The translations under genes and the position numbers were made by a program. Below are positions 34,862 through 42,524 of a stretch of 42,524 bases of DNA, in pieces; position 1 is the stretch's first letter; each line of letters opens with the position of its first letter. Origin of the DNA: an uncultured Dehalococcoidales bacterium (lineage in GTDB: Bacteria; Chloroflexota; Dehalococcoidia; Dehalococcoidales; GCA-2688105). The stretch covers positions 1-42,524 of the forward strand of contig CAZLFC010000002.1 of assembly GCA_964558705.1 (NCBI GenBank). Direction: 5' to 3'. Under the pieces are notes generated by a model. The model did no database searches and was not told where the DNA came from. It was given only the letters and a program-made list of their open reading frames with translations.

Positions 34862-36553
34862 TCAGTTAGCCGGAGCGAAGTCGAGGATATTGAGCCTGAG
34901 TTTCTCCTCCCCACCCCAACGGTCCAGCTCCAGATTGTAGACAATATCAACTAATGAGGATAACTCAGCCAGATAGCCGCCCAATCTGAAACCGACCCCA
35001 TCCCACACCACGCCACCCTGTCTCAGCTTCAGTCTCACATGCTCACCACTACCACCCATGGTGCGGCACTCGGCCACCTCCACTCCCCTGCTTAGAAAGG
35101 TAGGTGCCGGATTACCATAACCAAAGGGAGCCAGCTGCCGGGTTGTGTTGAAGGTATCACCACCGATGTCGGCGAGACTAACCTCGGCATCGATATCAAT
35201 ACAGGCGCGAAGGTCAACCCCTTCCAACTGTGTAGCCGCCAGTTGAGATAGACGCTGCTTCAGGTCGGCTAAATTCTTCGTGGGCAGAGTAAAACCAGCC
35301 GCCCGTGCATGTCCGCCAAACTCCAATAAAAGGTCGCTACACTGTTCCAGGGCAAAGGTAACATTAAACTCCGAGATACTGCGGCAACTCCCGTTACTCA
35401 CCTTTTCACCAATTTTAACCGCAATAGCCGGACGGTAGAATTCTTCGGTTAGCCGGCCAGCCACCAATCCGATAATACCCCCCGGGTATTCCTTATCGCC
35501 CACCATCAGTAACGGTGAAATCCCCTCGGCTAATATCCGCTCCCTGGCTTTAGATAAGGCAGCAGCGGTTAATCTCTGCCGCTCTTTATTTTTTTGCTCC
35601 AGCCAGGCAGCCAACCTTTGCGCCTCCGACGGCGAATCTGTCATCAGCAACTTATAGCCGTCCATGGCATGTTCCATCCGTCCGGCAGCATTCAAGCGAG
35701 GAGCTATAACCCATGAAACACTCTCGGATTCAACGCCGCCGATGTTTAATCCGGCTTGAGTCATCAGCTCCCTGACTCCAAGGCGAGGGTTGGCATTAAT
35801 CAGCCTCAGTCCCTGTTTAGCCAGATATCGGTTTTCCCCCACCAGAGGCATCATATCGGCTATGGTTCCCAGGGCCACTAAATCCAGTAATTCATCCAGT
35901 TGTTGCTCTTTGCCAACACCCCGAAAGAGTGCCTGAACAAGCTTAAAAGCTACACCAACACCAGCTAATTCGACGAAAGGGTAAGATGACCCGGGCATTT
36001 TGGGGTCGACAATAGCCAAGGCAGGCGGAATTTCGGATAGAGGGATATGATGGTCGGTAATAATTATATCCAGTCCCAGCTTCCGCGCCCGCTTAACCTG
36101 AGATACCGCTGTAATTCCACAGTCAACGGTAATAACCAGGTTAATCCCCTGCTGGCAAAGCTCCTCCAGAGCGGCAGTTCTGAGTCCGTGCCCCTCGTTC
36201 AGGCGATGGGGTATATAAGTAACCGCCCTGCCACCAAGGTCATTAAGACCCCTGACGAGTACCGCCGTAGCCGTGATACCGTCAACATCAAAGTCGCCGT
36301 AGACAGCAATATTTTCACCGGCAAGTAAGGACCGGTAAATCCGGGCTACTGCCTTGTCCATATCAGGCAGCAGAAAGGGGTCACCCGCCATACTTTTATC
36401 AGCAGAGATGAATGCTTCAAACCGGGATGGTTCAGTAACACCACGATTATACAGAAGCTGAAGTATAAGCGGGGGGAATCCGGAGGCGCTATTAGCCAGA
36501 AGCTCATCTGGAACAGGAGGAAGAAGATTCCAACGACTACGGTTCAATTCCAC
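34862..36553 (-). CDS. recJ: Single-stranded-DNA-specific exonuclease RecJ
   Basis: DHH motifs DFDVDGITA, VDCG, ITDHH, and DHHA1 GGHARAAG. The GTG start overlaps the fabF end by 10 nt. Confidence 0.92.
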   Translation of the reverse strand: MELNRSRWNLLPPVPDELLANSASGFPPLILQLLYNRGVTEPSRFEAFISADKSMAGDPFLLPDMDKAVARIYRSLLAGENIAVYGDFDVDGITATAVLVRGLNDLGGRAVTYIPHRLNEGHGLRTAALEELCQQGINLVITVDCGITAVSQVKRARKLGLDIIITDHHIPLSEIPPALAIVDPKMPGSSYPFVELAGVGVAFKLVQALFRGVGKEQQLDELLDLVALGTIADMMPLVGENRYLAKQGLRLINANPRLGVRELMTQAGLNIGGVESESVSWVIAPRLNAAGRMEHAMDGYKLLMTDSPSEAQRLAAWLEQKNKERQRLTAAALSKARERILAEGISPLLMVGDKEYPGGIIGLVAGRLTEEFYRPAIAVKIGEKVSNGSCRSISEFNVTFALEQCSDLLLEFGGHARAAGFTLPTKNLADLKQRLSQLAATQLEGVDLRACIDIDAEVSLADIGGDTFNTTRQLAPFGYGNPAPTFLSRGVEVAECRTMGGSGEHVRLKLRQGGVVWDGVGFRLGGYLAELSSLVDIVYNLELDRWGGEEKLRLNILDFAPAN

Positions 36554-37803
36554 GCCTCATCATATTTCTGGAAGACCAAGACTGAATTGTGACCGCCAAA
36601 GCCAAAGGAATCAGACAGAGCAGTAGTAACCTCGACTCGACGGCTTACATTAGGCACATAATCCAAATCACAAGCTGGGTCAGGGTGGGTAAGGTTTATA
36701 GTTGGTGGTATAAACCCTTGTTGAATAACCATAACACATATCGCGGCTTCAACCGCGCCAGCACCACCCAGAAGATGACCCATCATTGATTTAGTCGAGC
36801 TTATCGGTAGGCGATAGGCATAGTCACCAAATACGGATTTTATCGCCGCCGTCTCCATCCTGTCATTCAGCAGTGTGGCTGTACCGTGAGCGTTAATATA
36901 ACCAACCTCGGCAGGGCTAAGCCCGGCTTTATCGAGTGCCATTCTTATCGCCCTGGCCGCCCCTTCTCCGCTGACATCCGGCTGGGTAACATGGTAGGCA
37001 TCAGCACTAATTCCGTAGCCTGTAATCTCGGCCAGGATTCGGGCTCCACGACTCTGAGCTAAGTCAAGGTTCTCCAGAACCAGTATGCCGGCGCCCTCAC
37101 CAAGGACAAAGCCATCTCGCTCGGCATCGAAGGGTCGTGAAGCCAGTCGCGGCTCGTTATTGCACGTGGATAAAGCCCTGCAGGCATTAAAGGCAGCGAT
37201 ACCTATCGGGGTTATTACTGCCTCGCTGCCACCGGCTATCATCGCCTGAGCATCACCACGCCTGATAAACTCATAAGCGGCGCCGACAGCGTCAGTGCTG
37301 CTGGAGCAAGATGACGTGGTACAGAAGTTGGGCCCTTTAGCTCCAAGCAGGATTGATACCTGTGCCGCAGCCATATCAGCCGCCATCATTGGTGCCAGAA
37401 AGGGGCTTACTCTATCCGGCCCCTTCTTCGAGAGGAGTACCATTTGCTCAGCCAGAGTACTTATCCCACCTGACCCGCTGCCAATGATGACGCCAAAATC
37501 TTCATGATTGCTGGGATTCACTGTTATCCCGGCTTGCCGCACCGCCTGAAAGGAAGCCGCTACAGCCAGCTGGCCATAGCGGTCCATATGACGGGCATCT
37601 TTTCGGCTGATATAGTCAGTGGGATTAAATCCTTTTACCTCACCGGCAATCCTGGTGTCAAAGGGCTCAGGGTCAAAGTGGGTAATATAATCAATACCGG
37701 ACTTACCGGCGATAAGACTTTCCCAGGTAGCGACAGCATTCAGACCGAGCGGACACAGGACACCTGTCCCGGTGACCGCAACCCTATTTTTCGCAGTTGA
37801 CAT
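36544..37803 (-). CDS. fabF: 3-oxoacyl-ACP synthase II
   Basis: RVAVTGTG; active-site Cys context TTSSCSSS; two catalytic His contexts (DAYHVTQP, NAHGTAT); GHLLGGAG; FGFGGHN. I preferred ATG 37803 over TTG 37812. Confidence 0.92.
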   Translation of the reverse strand: MSTAKNRVAVTGTGVLCPLGLNAVATWESLIAGKSGIDYITHFDPEPFDTRIAGEVKGFNPTDYISRKDARHMDRYGQLAVAASFQAVRQAGITVNPSNHEDFGVIIGSGSGGISTLAEQMVLLSKKGPDRVSPFLAPMMAADMAAAQVSILLGAKGPNFCTTSSCSSSTDAVGAAYEFIRRGDAQAMIAGGSEAVITPIGIAAFNACRALSTCNNEPRLASRPFDAERDGFVLGEGAGILVLENLDLAQSRGARILAEITGYGISADAYHVTQPDVSGEGAARAIRMALDKAGLSPAEVGYINAHGTATLLNDRMETAAIKSVFGDYAYRLPISSTKSMMGHLLGGAGAVEAAICVMVIQQGFIPPTINLTHPDPACDLDYVPNVSRRVEVTTALSDSFGFGGHNSVLVFQKYDEAWN

Positions 37804-37838
37804 CCCCACCAAAGCTGAGGTTACCTATTATCCCAAAC

Positions 37839-38192
37839 CTAGAGATACATCTTCTTATTTGTCTGCTGTTTAAACCACTCACGACCATCGTCAACCTTGG
37901 GCAGATCATCCAGTGCCTCTTTGTTATCGTCGATGTATTTCTTACCCTTTTCAGTGAGCCCTACCTGAAGAAGGTATGTAACCCAAGTAAGATAGCCTTT
38001 ATTAACCATTCCTTCCAATATGTCAGCCCACTCCCTGACCTTTTTCTCCGTCCAGAGCATTGGCCCGGCGGCATCCCAATCATCGATTATCTTACGGCAA
38101 TGGTAACCGACACCGCTGCGCTCAATCATGCCTTCCTGGCGCATCGCGTCCATGATGGCCATTTCCATTAATGACAACTTTTCCTCAGCCAT
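37839..38192 (-). CDS. Hypothetical protein, possibly winged-helix-like (117 aa)
   Basis: I chose ATG 38192, preceded by GGGAGGA, over the track's TTG 38231. The segment KGYLTWVTYLLQVGLTEKGKKYI resembles a MarR/PadR-type wing. I recognise no confident family. Confidence 0.55.
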   Translation of the reverse strand: MAEEKLSLMEMAIMDAMRQEGMIERSGVGYHCRKIIDDWDAAGPMLWTEKKVREWADILEGMVNKGYLTWVTYLLQVGLTEKGKKYIDDNKEALDDLPKVDDGREWFKQQTNKKMYL

Positions 38193-38245
38193 AACTAGGC
38201 TAATCCTCCCTTTCAAAAGTTTTCCAGACAATCGCTCAAACTCAA

Positions 38246-38992
38246 TTATTTTTGTGGTTTAGGAGCCGGATGAGCAATATTTGTTGGGTTCACAAATTCC
38301 GATAGCTGCTGCATCTCCCAGGCTCGGTTGTACCAACCGGGAATAGCCATCAGCGGGGTAGGCAGTCCCCTCTGCCGTCTAAACCGCAAAATCATCTCAG
38401 CCGTTATCTCCGCGGTCAAGGCAACCATATCAACCGCATAGGTTGACCACATCGAAAATATCTCAGCCGACTTAACCCTCTGCAACTCCATAGGGTCAGT
38501 ACGATTAACCGGCGCCAGTTTTACGCCGTAATGATGTTGCATCAGGTCACCGCAGCGCAGATAACCGCCGGTGCGCTCCTTAAATCGCTCTCTAAGTTCG
38601 GTCGACATCCGCTGAGACCAGGTAAAGCTACTTTGACCTGTATCGCGAGGTCCCCCATGCTCAGTGTAATCCACTCGCCCGAACTCAAGGCCAATTGCCG
38701 CGAGCCCTCCAACGAGCGCACCACAAATCTCGGTACCACCAAAGCCCCCGGTAGGAGTAGCCATGGCTGTCAGAACTTCTCTGCCCCCAAGGCCAAGGTG
38801 TACGCACAAGGGATACAAAGAAGTCTGAGCACAAGCCCGATATTTAAGCTGAGCTTCCCGCGCGTCCCGGACTATTCTCCTCATTAAAGTCTCGTCATCT
38901 GTTTCATCCCGACTTTCAAATAGCCAGTCTTTCTCATGCTGTTTATTTGCAAAACAATCATTGAGATGAACACACTCCCGTCCGAATACCAT
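38246..38992 (-). CDS. C_GCAxxG_C_C-family protein (putative redox-active), enlarged
   Basis: Family pattern read by eye: YRACAQTSL ... GGFGGTEICGALVGGLAAIG ... LRCGDL. AAGGAGG RBS 8 nt upstream. At 248 aa it is longer than I remember for this family. Confidence 0.7.
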   Translation of the reverse strand: MVFGRECVHLNDCFANKQHEKDWLFESRDETDDETLMRRIVRDAREAQLKYRACAQTSLYPLCVHLGLGGREVLTAMATPTGGFGGTEICGALVGGLAAIGLEFGRVDYTEHGGPRDTGQSSFTWSQRMSTELRERFKERTGGYLRCGDLMQHHYGVKLAPVNRTDPMELQRVKSAEIFSMWSTYAVDMVALTAEITAEMILRFRRQRGLPTPLMAIPGWYNRAWEMQQLSEFVNPTNIAHPAPKPQK

Positions 38993-39046
38993 ATATCAAA
39001 CCTCCTTAATTGAATGTCCCGATTTTATATTATACTTGATTTAACG

Positions 39047-42000
39047 CTATTTCTTCCACTCTTCCCGGCGGCCTTCAGCTCCAGCCATCTTGCCGATAAT
39101 ATGCCTTCTCTCCAGGTCTCTGATTCTATCCGAGCTCAAACCGACGAACCGCCTCAGTACATACTCATTATCCCAGCCTAGTGGTTTGCCAACAAACTCA
39201 ATAACACCTGAGGTTGCTGAGTATAGCGGGAAACAACCCTGCATTTTCATCCTCCCATACCAGGGGCAATCAACATCTACAATCTCACCCCTTTCCAGAT
39301 AGTGTTTCTGAGTGCAAGCATCTTCAGCATCCTTTATAGGACAGGTAGCAAACCCATAGTGCCTACCTAAAGCCTCAATCTCGTCCACGGTTAATTTAGC
39401 TGCCCACTCTTGAAGAATCGCGTATATCTTATCCTGAGCCACGTTAGACACCCGCTCAACATTAGTAGGATACTTGGACGGCAGTACTGTAGCCTTCCCA
39501 CCAATACACTCGCATAATTTCACAAAGGCTTCATCATCGGCACCAACGGCAACAAATCCATCCTCAGCTTTGACAATGCCATCAGGACATACCCAGCGAT
39601 GCCTATTACCGTACCTTTCCTGAACTATACCCGTCTTACCATACCAGGTAACACCGGGACCGAGAGCTCTAACCTGGAACTCAGTCTGCGAGTTCTCAAT
39701 AAATTGCCCTTTGCCACTTTTTTCCCGCCAGAAGAGAGCAACGAGGACACCGATACTAGCCATTACCCCGCCAAAGTAATCGTCTACCCAGATAGGAACC
39801 TTCGTTTGCTCACCATCAGGATGGCCGGTAATATAAGCACTCCCTCCATTGGATTGCGCCAAGATATCATAGGATGCTCTTACCAAGTCTTCACGACCCC
39901 ACTGACCGGGTCCGTTCGAGGCAGCAAAGATTAAGCCGGGGTTGTCTTTTGATAGCTGACGCCAGCCGATACACCACCGGTCCATAGTGCCACCACGAAC
40001 ATTCTGTATAACCACATCAGATTTGCTTACCAGGTTTTTAACTATCTCTGCACCGGGGCCGGGATGGATATCAAGGGAAACATGGAGTTTGTTGCGGGCA
40101 CAATGTAGCCAGCCAAGTGCCGAACCCAACGGCGGGCATACCTCCTCAGTAACCCCCTTACCAAGGATGCCCTCTGCCCTGGTGTTACTCTCTGCCTCAG
40201 TCCACTTCATAACACCACCTTGGTCTAACGGGGGTGATGTATAACGCATGGTATCACCAAAGCCGGGAATCTCCAGCTTTATTGTTTCCATACCCATTTC
40301 AGCTAGTATAGCCGCGGCAGAAGGACCCAATATTAAAGTTGTCCAGTCTATAAGACGCAAGCCATCCAAAGGTCTCGGTTTACCCCATCCCCTTTCTTTG
40401 GCAAAGGTATAGCGGCAGTACTCATCATAGGGTAAGGCCTCCTCCTCCTCCTCCGTTAACTCGCAACAAAGACTCCTCGCCTTTAGAACCAGTTCCTTAA
40501 TATCACCGGGCAACCCGTAGAAATCACGTATTCTATCCACCTTTATCTCTTTTGCCGCCGGACGCATATGCATCTTTGAGCCACCCCTCACACCAATTAC
40601 CCCCTCTAACTCCAGTGCCTTAAGCATCTCTCTTGACATGCCTAGATGTTTTCGGAGAAGTTCATGGTTATCCCATCCTAATGGCCTAGAAACCCACTTA
40701 ATCCGACCCGGCGTCTCGCTAAAATTGGGTCTGGTTCCCTGAATGAGCACCTTGCCATACAGAGGGTCATCCACTTCCAAAATAACAGCTCTATCCAGAA
40801 AATGGGGATGTTCACAAATTTCTTTAATGTTAAAGACACCACCAGCAGCAAAGCCATTTTCCATAGCTATTTCATCCAGCTCATCCATAGTATGCTGGGT
40901 TGTCCACTTGTCTATCTCAGCATTGATAACTTTCTGTCGCTCCCAGGAGACACGCGCCGTATTGTCAGGATACTCGGTCTTCATCCGCTGGGCTTCCTCG
41001 GTGCCGATGGCATCACATAGCCGCGGGTATACCGGCCCCATAGCAGCTACAATACTGTAGCGATCTCCCTTACAGGGGTGCAATCCGTAGGGGTTGATGG
41101 TGAAGTCCCAGTCGCCCCAGGGCCCACGAACCTTGCCGGTGGTGCTATACCAATTAAAGCTAACATCGCAGCTCCACATAATGAGCCCCTCGGAGGATAC
41201 GTCTATGAACTGGCCTTGTCCGTTTTTCCTCTTACGGTAAAGAAGAGCGCCCAGGATACCAATAGTAGCCAGTATACCTCCCGAGATGTAGCCTATAGGC
41301 CAGCCAATGCGAGTTGGCACTGAATCCTTGACAGCCTCCTCATATGTTTCTGCCTCATAATTAACCTGACCGGTAAATGAAGCAAGGGTGCTCATCGCCT
41401 GAATGCCCGTTTCAAATGGGTACCGCCAGGACTCATCTCCCCACTGACCATACCCGGTCACTGCACAGTAAATAAGGCGCGGATTTATTTTCCTCAACTG
41501 CCGGTAGCCGATACCAAGGGCATCCATATATCCCGGCTCGTAATTTTCAATAATAACGTCAGAAATACCGGCCAAATCCCTGAGCATCGCCCGGCCCTTG
41601 GTGGTGGTAATATCAATGCTCAAGCAATACTTATTTCTGTTTTCGCAGAAGCCAGCCAATGAAGTGCCGTTTGGAGGCCATTTCTCTCCTTCGGCCTTCA
41701 TGGTGCCACCCTGGTCTGCCGGTGGCCCAGCCCAACGCATGGCATCACCCCGATACGGGTCCTCAATCTTTATTACTTCGGCACCGTGCTCCGCTAAGAG
41801 AGAGCCGCAGACTTGCATGCCGAAGTTAGACCAACGAGGGCTGCACACTTCCAATACACGCAGCCCATCCAACGCCTCAGGCTTACTGAATCGCTTCCGC
41901 GAATCAAAAATGTAACGGGCATACTCTTCGTAAGGTAGCTTGTCTTGTTCCTCCGTGGTTAGACTTTCCAGTTTCCACACCTTTTTAACAAGCTCTTGAA

Positions 42001-42163
42001 CCTCTTCGTTCAGGTCTTCCCAACTATATCCAATTGGCTTTACCCCTTCTCTTTCCACTACCTCCTCGGCAAGATGTGAGGTCGTCTCCGAGCTTGTCAT
42101 ATAATACGGCAGTTCGTCCCTCGCTACCTCACTGGGTAATACAGGCTTCTTTTTCTCAACCAT
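39047..42163 (-). CDS. Tandem-duplicated family III (CaiB/BaiF/Frc-type) CoA-transferase, two modules in one polypeptide
   Basis: 1038-aa ORF with AAGGAG 5 nt upstream of ATG 42163. Residues ~50-530 and ~553-1030 are colinear paralogs (LDGLRVLE.../LDGLRLID...; GDAMRWAGPPADQGG/GDTMRYTSPPLDQGG; GWDNHELLRKHLG/GWDNEYVLRRFVG). Confidence 0.85.
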   Translation of the reverse strand: MVEKKKPVLPSEVARDELPYYMTSSETTSHLAEEVVEREGVKPIGYSWEDLNEEVQELVKKVWKLESLTTEEQDKLPYEEYARYIFDSRKRFSKPEALDGLRVLEVCSPRWSNFGMQVCGSLLAEHGAEVIKIEDPYRGDAMRWAGPPADQGGTMKAEGEKWPPNGTSLAGFCENRNKYCLSIDITTTKGRAMLRDLAGISDVIIENYEPGYMDALGIGYRQLRKINPRLIYCAVTGYGQWGDESWRYPFETGIQAMSTLASFTGQVNYEAETYEEAVKDSVPTRIGWPIGYISGGILATIGILGALLYRKRKNGQGQFIDVSSEGLIMWSCDVSFNWYSTTGKVRGPWGDWDFTINPYGLHPCKGDRYSIVAAMGPVYPRLCDAIGTEEAQRMKTEYPDNTARVSWERQKVINAEIDKWTTQHTMDELDEIAMENGFAAGGVFNIKEICEHPHFLDRAVILEVDDPLYGKVLIQGTRPNFSETPGRIKWVSRPLGWDNHELLRKHLGMSREMLKALELEGVIGVRGGSKMHMRPAAKEIKVDRIRDFYGLPGDIKELVLKARSLCCELTEEEEEALPYDEYCRYTFAKERGWGKPRPLDGLRLIDWTTLILGPSAAAILAEMGMETIKLEIPGFGDTMRYTSPPLDQGGVMKWTEAESNTRAEGILGKGVTEEVCPPLGSALGWLHCARNKLHVSLDIHPGPGAEIVKNLVSKSDVVIQNVRGGTMDRWCIGWRQLSKDNPGLIFAASNGPGQWGREDLVRASYDILAQSNGGSAYITGHPDGEQTKVPIWVDDYFGGVMASIGVLVALFWREKSGKGQFIENSQTEFQVRALGPGVTWYGKTGIVQERYGNRHRWVCPDGIVKAEDGFVAVGADDEAFVKLCECIGGKATVLPSKYPTNVERVSNVAQDKIYAILQEWAAKLTVDEIEALGRHYGFATCPIKDAEDACTQKHYLERGEIVDVDCPWYGRMKMQGCFPLYSATSGVIEFVGKPLGWDNEYVLRRFVGLSSDRIRDLERRHIIGKMAGAEGRREEWKK

Positions 42164-42238
42164 TTACACTCCTTAAAACTTATTCAAATTGTAACCCATC
42201 ACTACCAATCTATTAATTAGGCATATACCCAAACAAAG

Positions 42239-42268
42239 ATAATACTAAAAATAGACTGCACTTGTCAA
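42239..42268 (-). promoter_or_regulatory. Candidate promoter for the CoA-transferase block
   Basis: Read on the minus strand: TTGACA (42268-42263), 18-nt spacer, TATTAT (42244-42239), about 70 nt upstream of ATG 42163. Confidence 0.4.
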
Positions 42269-42307
42269 GGCGTAACCCGACTTACCCCCTCTCATATTCC
42301 CTCTTGT

Positions 42308-42337
42308 TTGACTGGCTCAGGACAGGAACATTATAAT
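42308..42337 (+). promoter_or_regulatory. Candidate promoter for the methylthiotransferase gene
   Basis: TTGACT (42308-42313), 18-nt spacer, perfect TATAAT (42332-42337). Confidence 0.45.
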
Positions 42338-42356
42338 TTACGCAGGTCTAACGTTT

Positions 42357-42376
42357 GTTATTAAGTGTTATTAAGT
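42357..42376. repeat. Perfect tandem direct repeat, 2 x 10 nt (GTTATTAAGT GTTATTAAGT)
   Basis: Read directly from the sequence. It lies between the candidate -10 and ATG 42383. Confidence 0.9.
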
Positions 42377-42382
42377 ATAGAG

Positions 42383-42524
42383 ATGGGTAAAACGCTGACA
42401 GAAATCAATGTTGCCTTGGACAGCCTGGGCTGCAAGCTAAATCAAGCCGAGGCCGAGCTTTTAGCCAGGAAATTTGCCGGGGCAGGCTACAGAGTGGTAG
42501 CACCGACCGATAAGGCCGATGTCT
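42383..42524 (+). CDS. MiaB/MtaB-like radical-SAM methylthiotransferase, N-terminal fragment (runs off the window)
   Basis: Translation MGKTLTEINVALDSLGCKLNQAEAELLARKFAGAGYRVVAPTDKADV shows the UPF0004 N-terminal domain pattern (T.GCK.N..E.E.....G......ADV). Open to the window end and not in the ORF track. Confidence 0.7.
   Translation, partial: MGKTLTEINVALDSLGCKLNQAEAELLARKFAGAGYRVVAPTDKADV

Noticed and set aside
37797-38171. 124-aa plus-strand ORF
   Set aside because: It is antisense to the 117-aa gene, which has a much better RBS and fits the co-directional operon. Neither ORF has a family match, so this rejection is less certain than the others.
1-42524. Mobile elements, prophage, CRISPR arrays, toxin-antitoxin or classical defence islands
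   Set aside because: I found no integrase, transposase, recombinase or Cas-like ORFs, no arrays of spaced direct repeats, and no terminal inverted repeats. The only nuclease-like accessory gene is the solitary HNH protein.

Overview
This is a dense, almost fully coding 42.5-kb chromosomal segment. I call 41 protein genes, one of them partial. I found no rRNA or tRNA gene, CRISPR array, transposase or integrase. Most of it is core housekeeping: lysA; holB-yaaT; an rplI-dnaB-dnaD-like-dnaI/dnaC-like replication operon; trxB; nusA-ylxR-infB-rbfA-truB; purA; rpsO-pnp-dapB-asd-dapA; a YprA/MrfA-type helicase; lgt; a sodium:solute symporter with a small subunit; recJ; fabF. Genes are packed tightly: there are many ATGA or 1-10 nt overlaps, frequent TTG/GTG starts, and two convergent gene pairs that share overlapping stop codons. 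The protein signatures (DUF5679 Zn-ribbon, DUF503, PSP1, Firmicute-style DnaD/DnaI loaders) suggest a Chloroflexota, Dehalococcoidia-like genome. That is an impression only and cannot be verified without a database search. Five modules are less ordinary. (1) A 1038-aa single-chain tandem fusion of two family III CoA-transferase modules sits in an operon-like block with an enlarged C_GCAxxG_C_C protein and a small winged-helix-like protein. (2) A four-gene, translationally coupled block runs M20 amidohydrolase, two DUF2229-type proteins, then a BcrA/HgdC-type [4Fe-4S] ATPase activase. (3) The helicase loader carries two complete AAA+ modules plus an N-terminal CxxCxGxG zinc motif. (4) An ino1 / pimA-like / CDP-alcohol phosphatidyltransferase cluster predicts phosphatidylinositol-mannoside-type lipids. 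(5) A strong intrinsic terminator hairpin lies inside the nusA leader, next to a small Zn-ribbon gene missing from the ORF track and a 378-nt unexplained non-coding gap. All family assignments come from reading motifs by eye. No searches were run.
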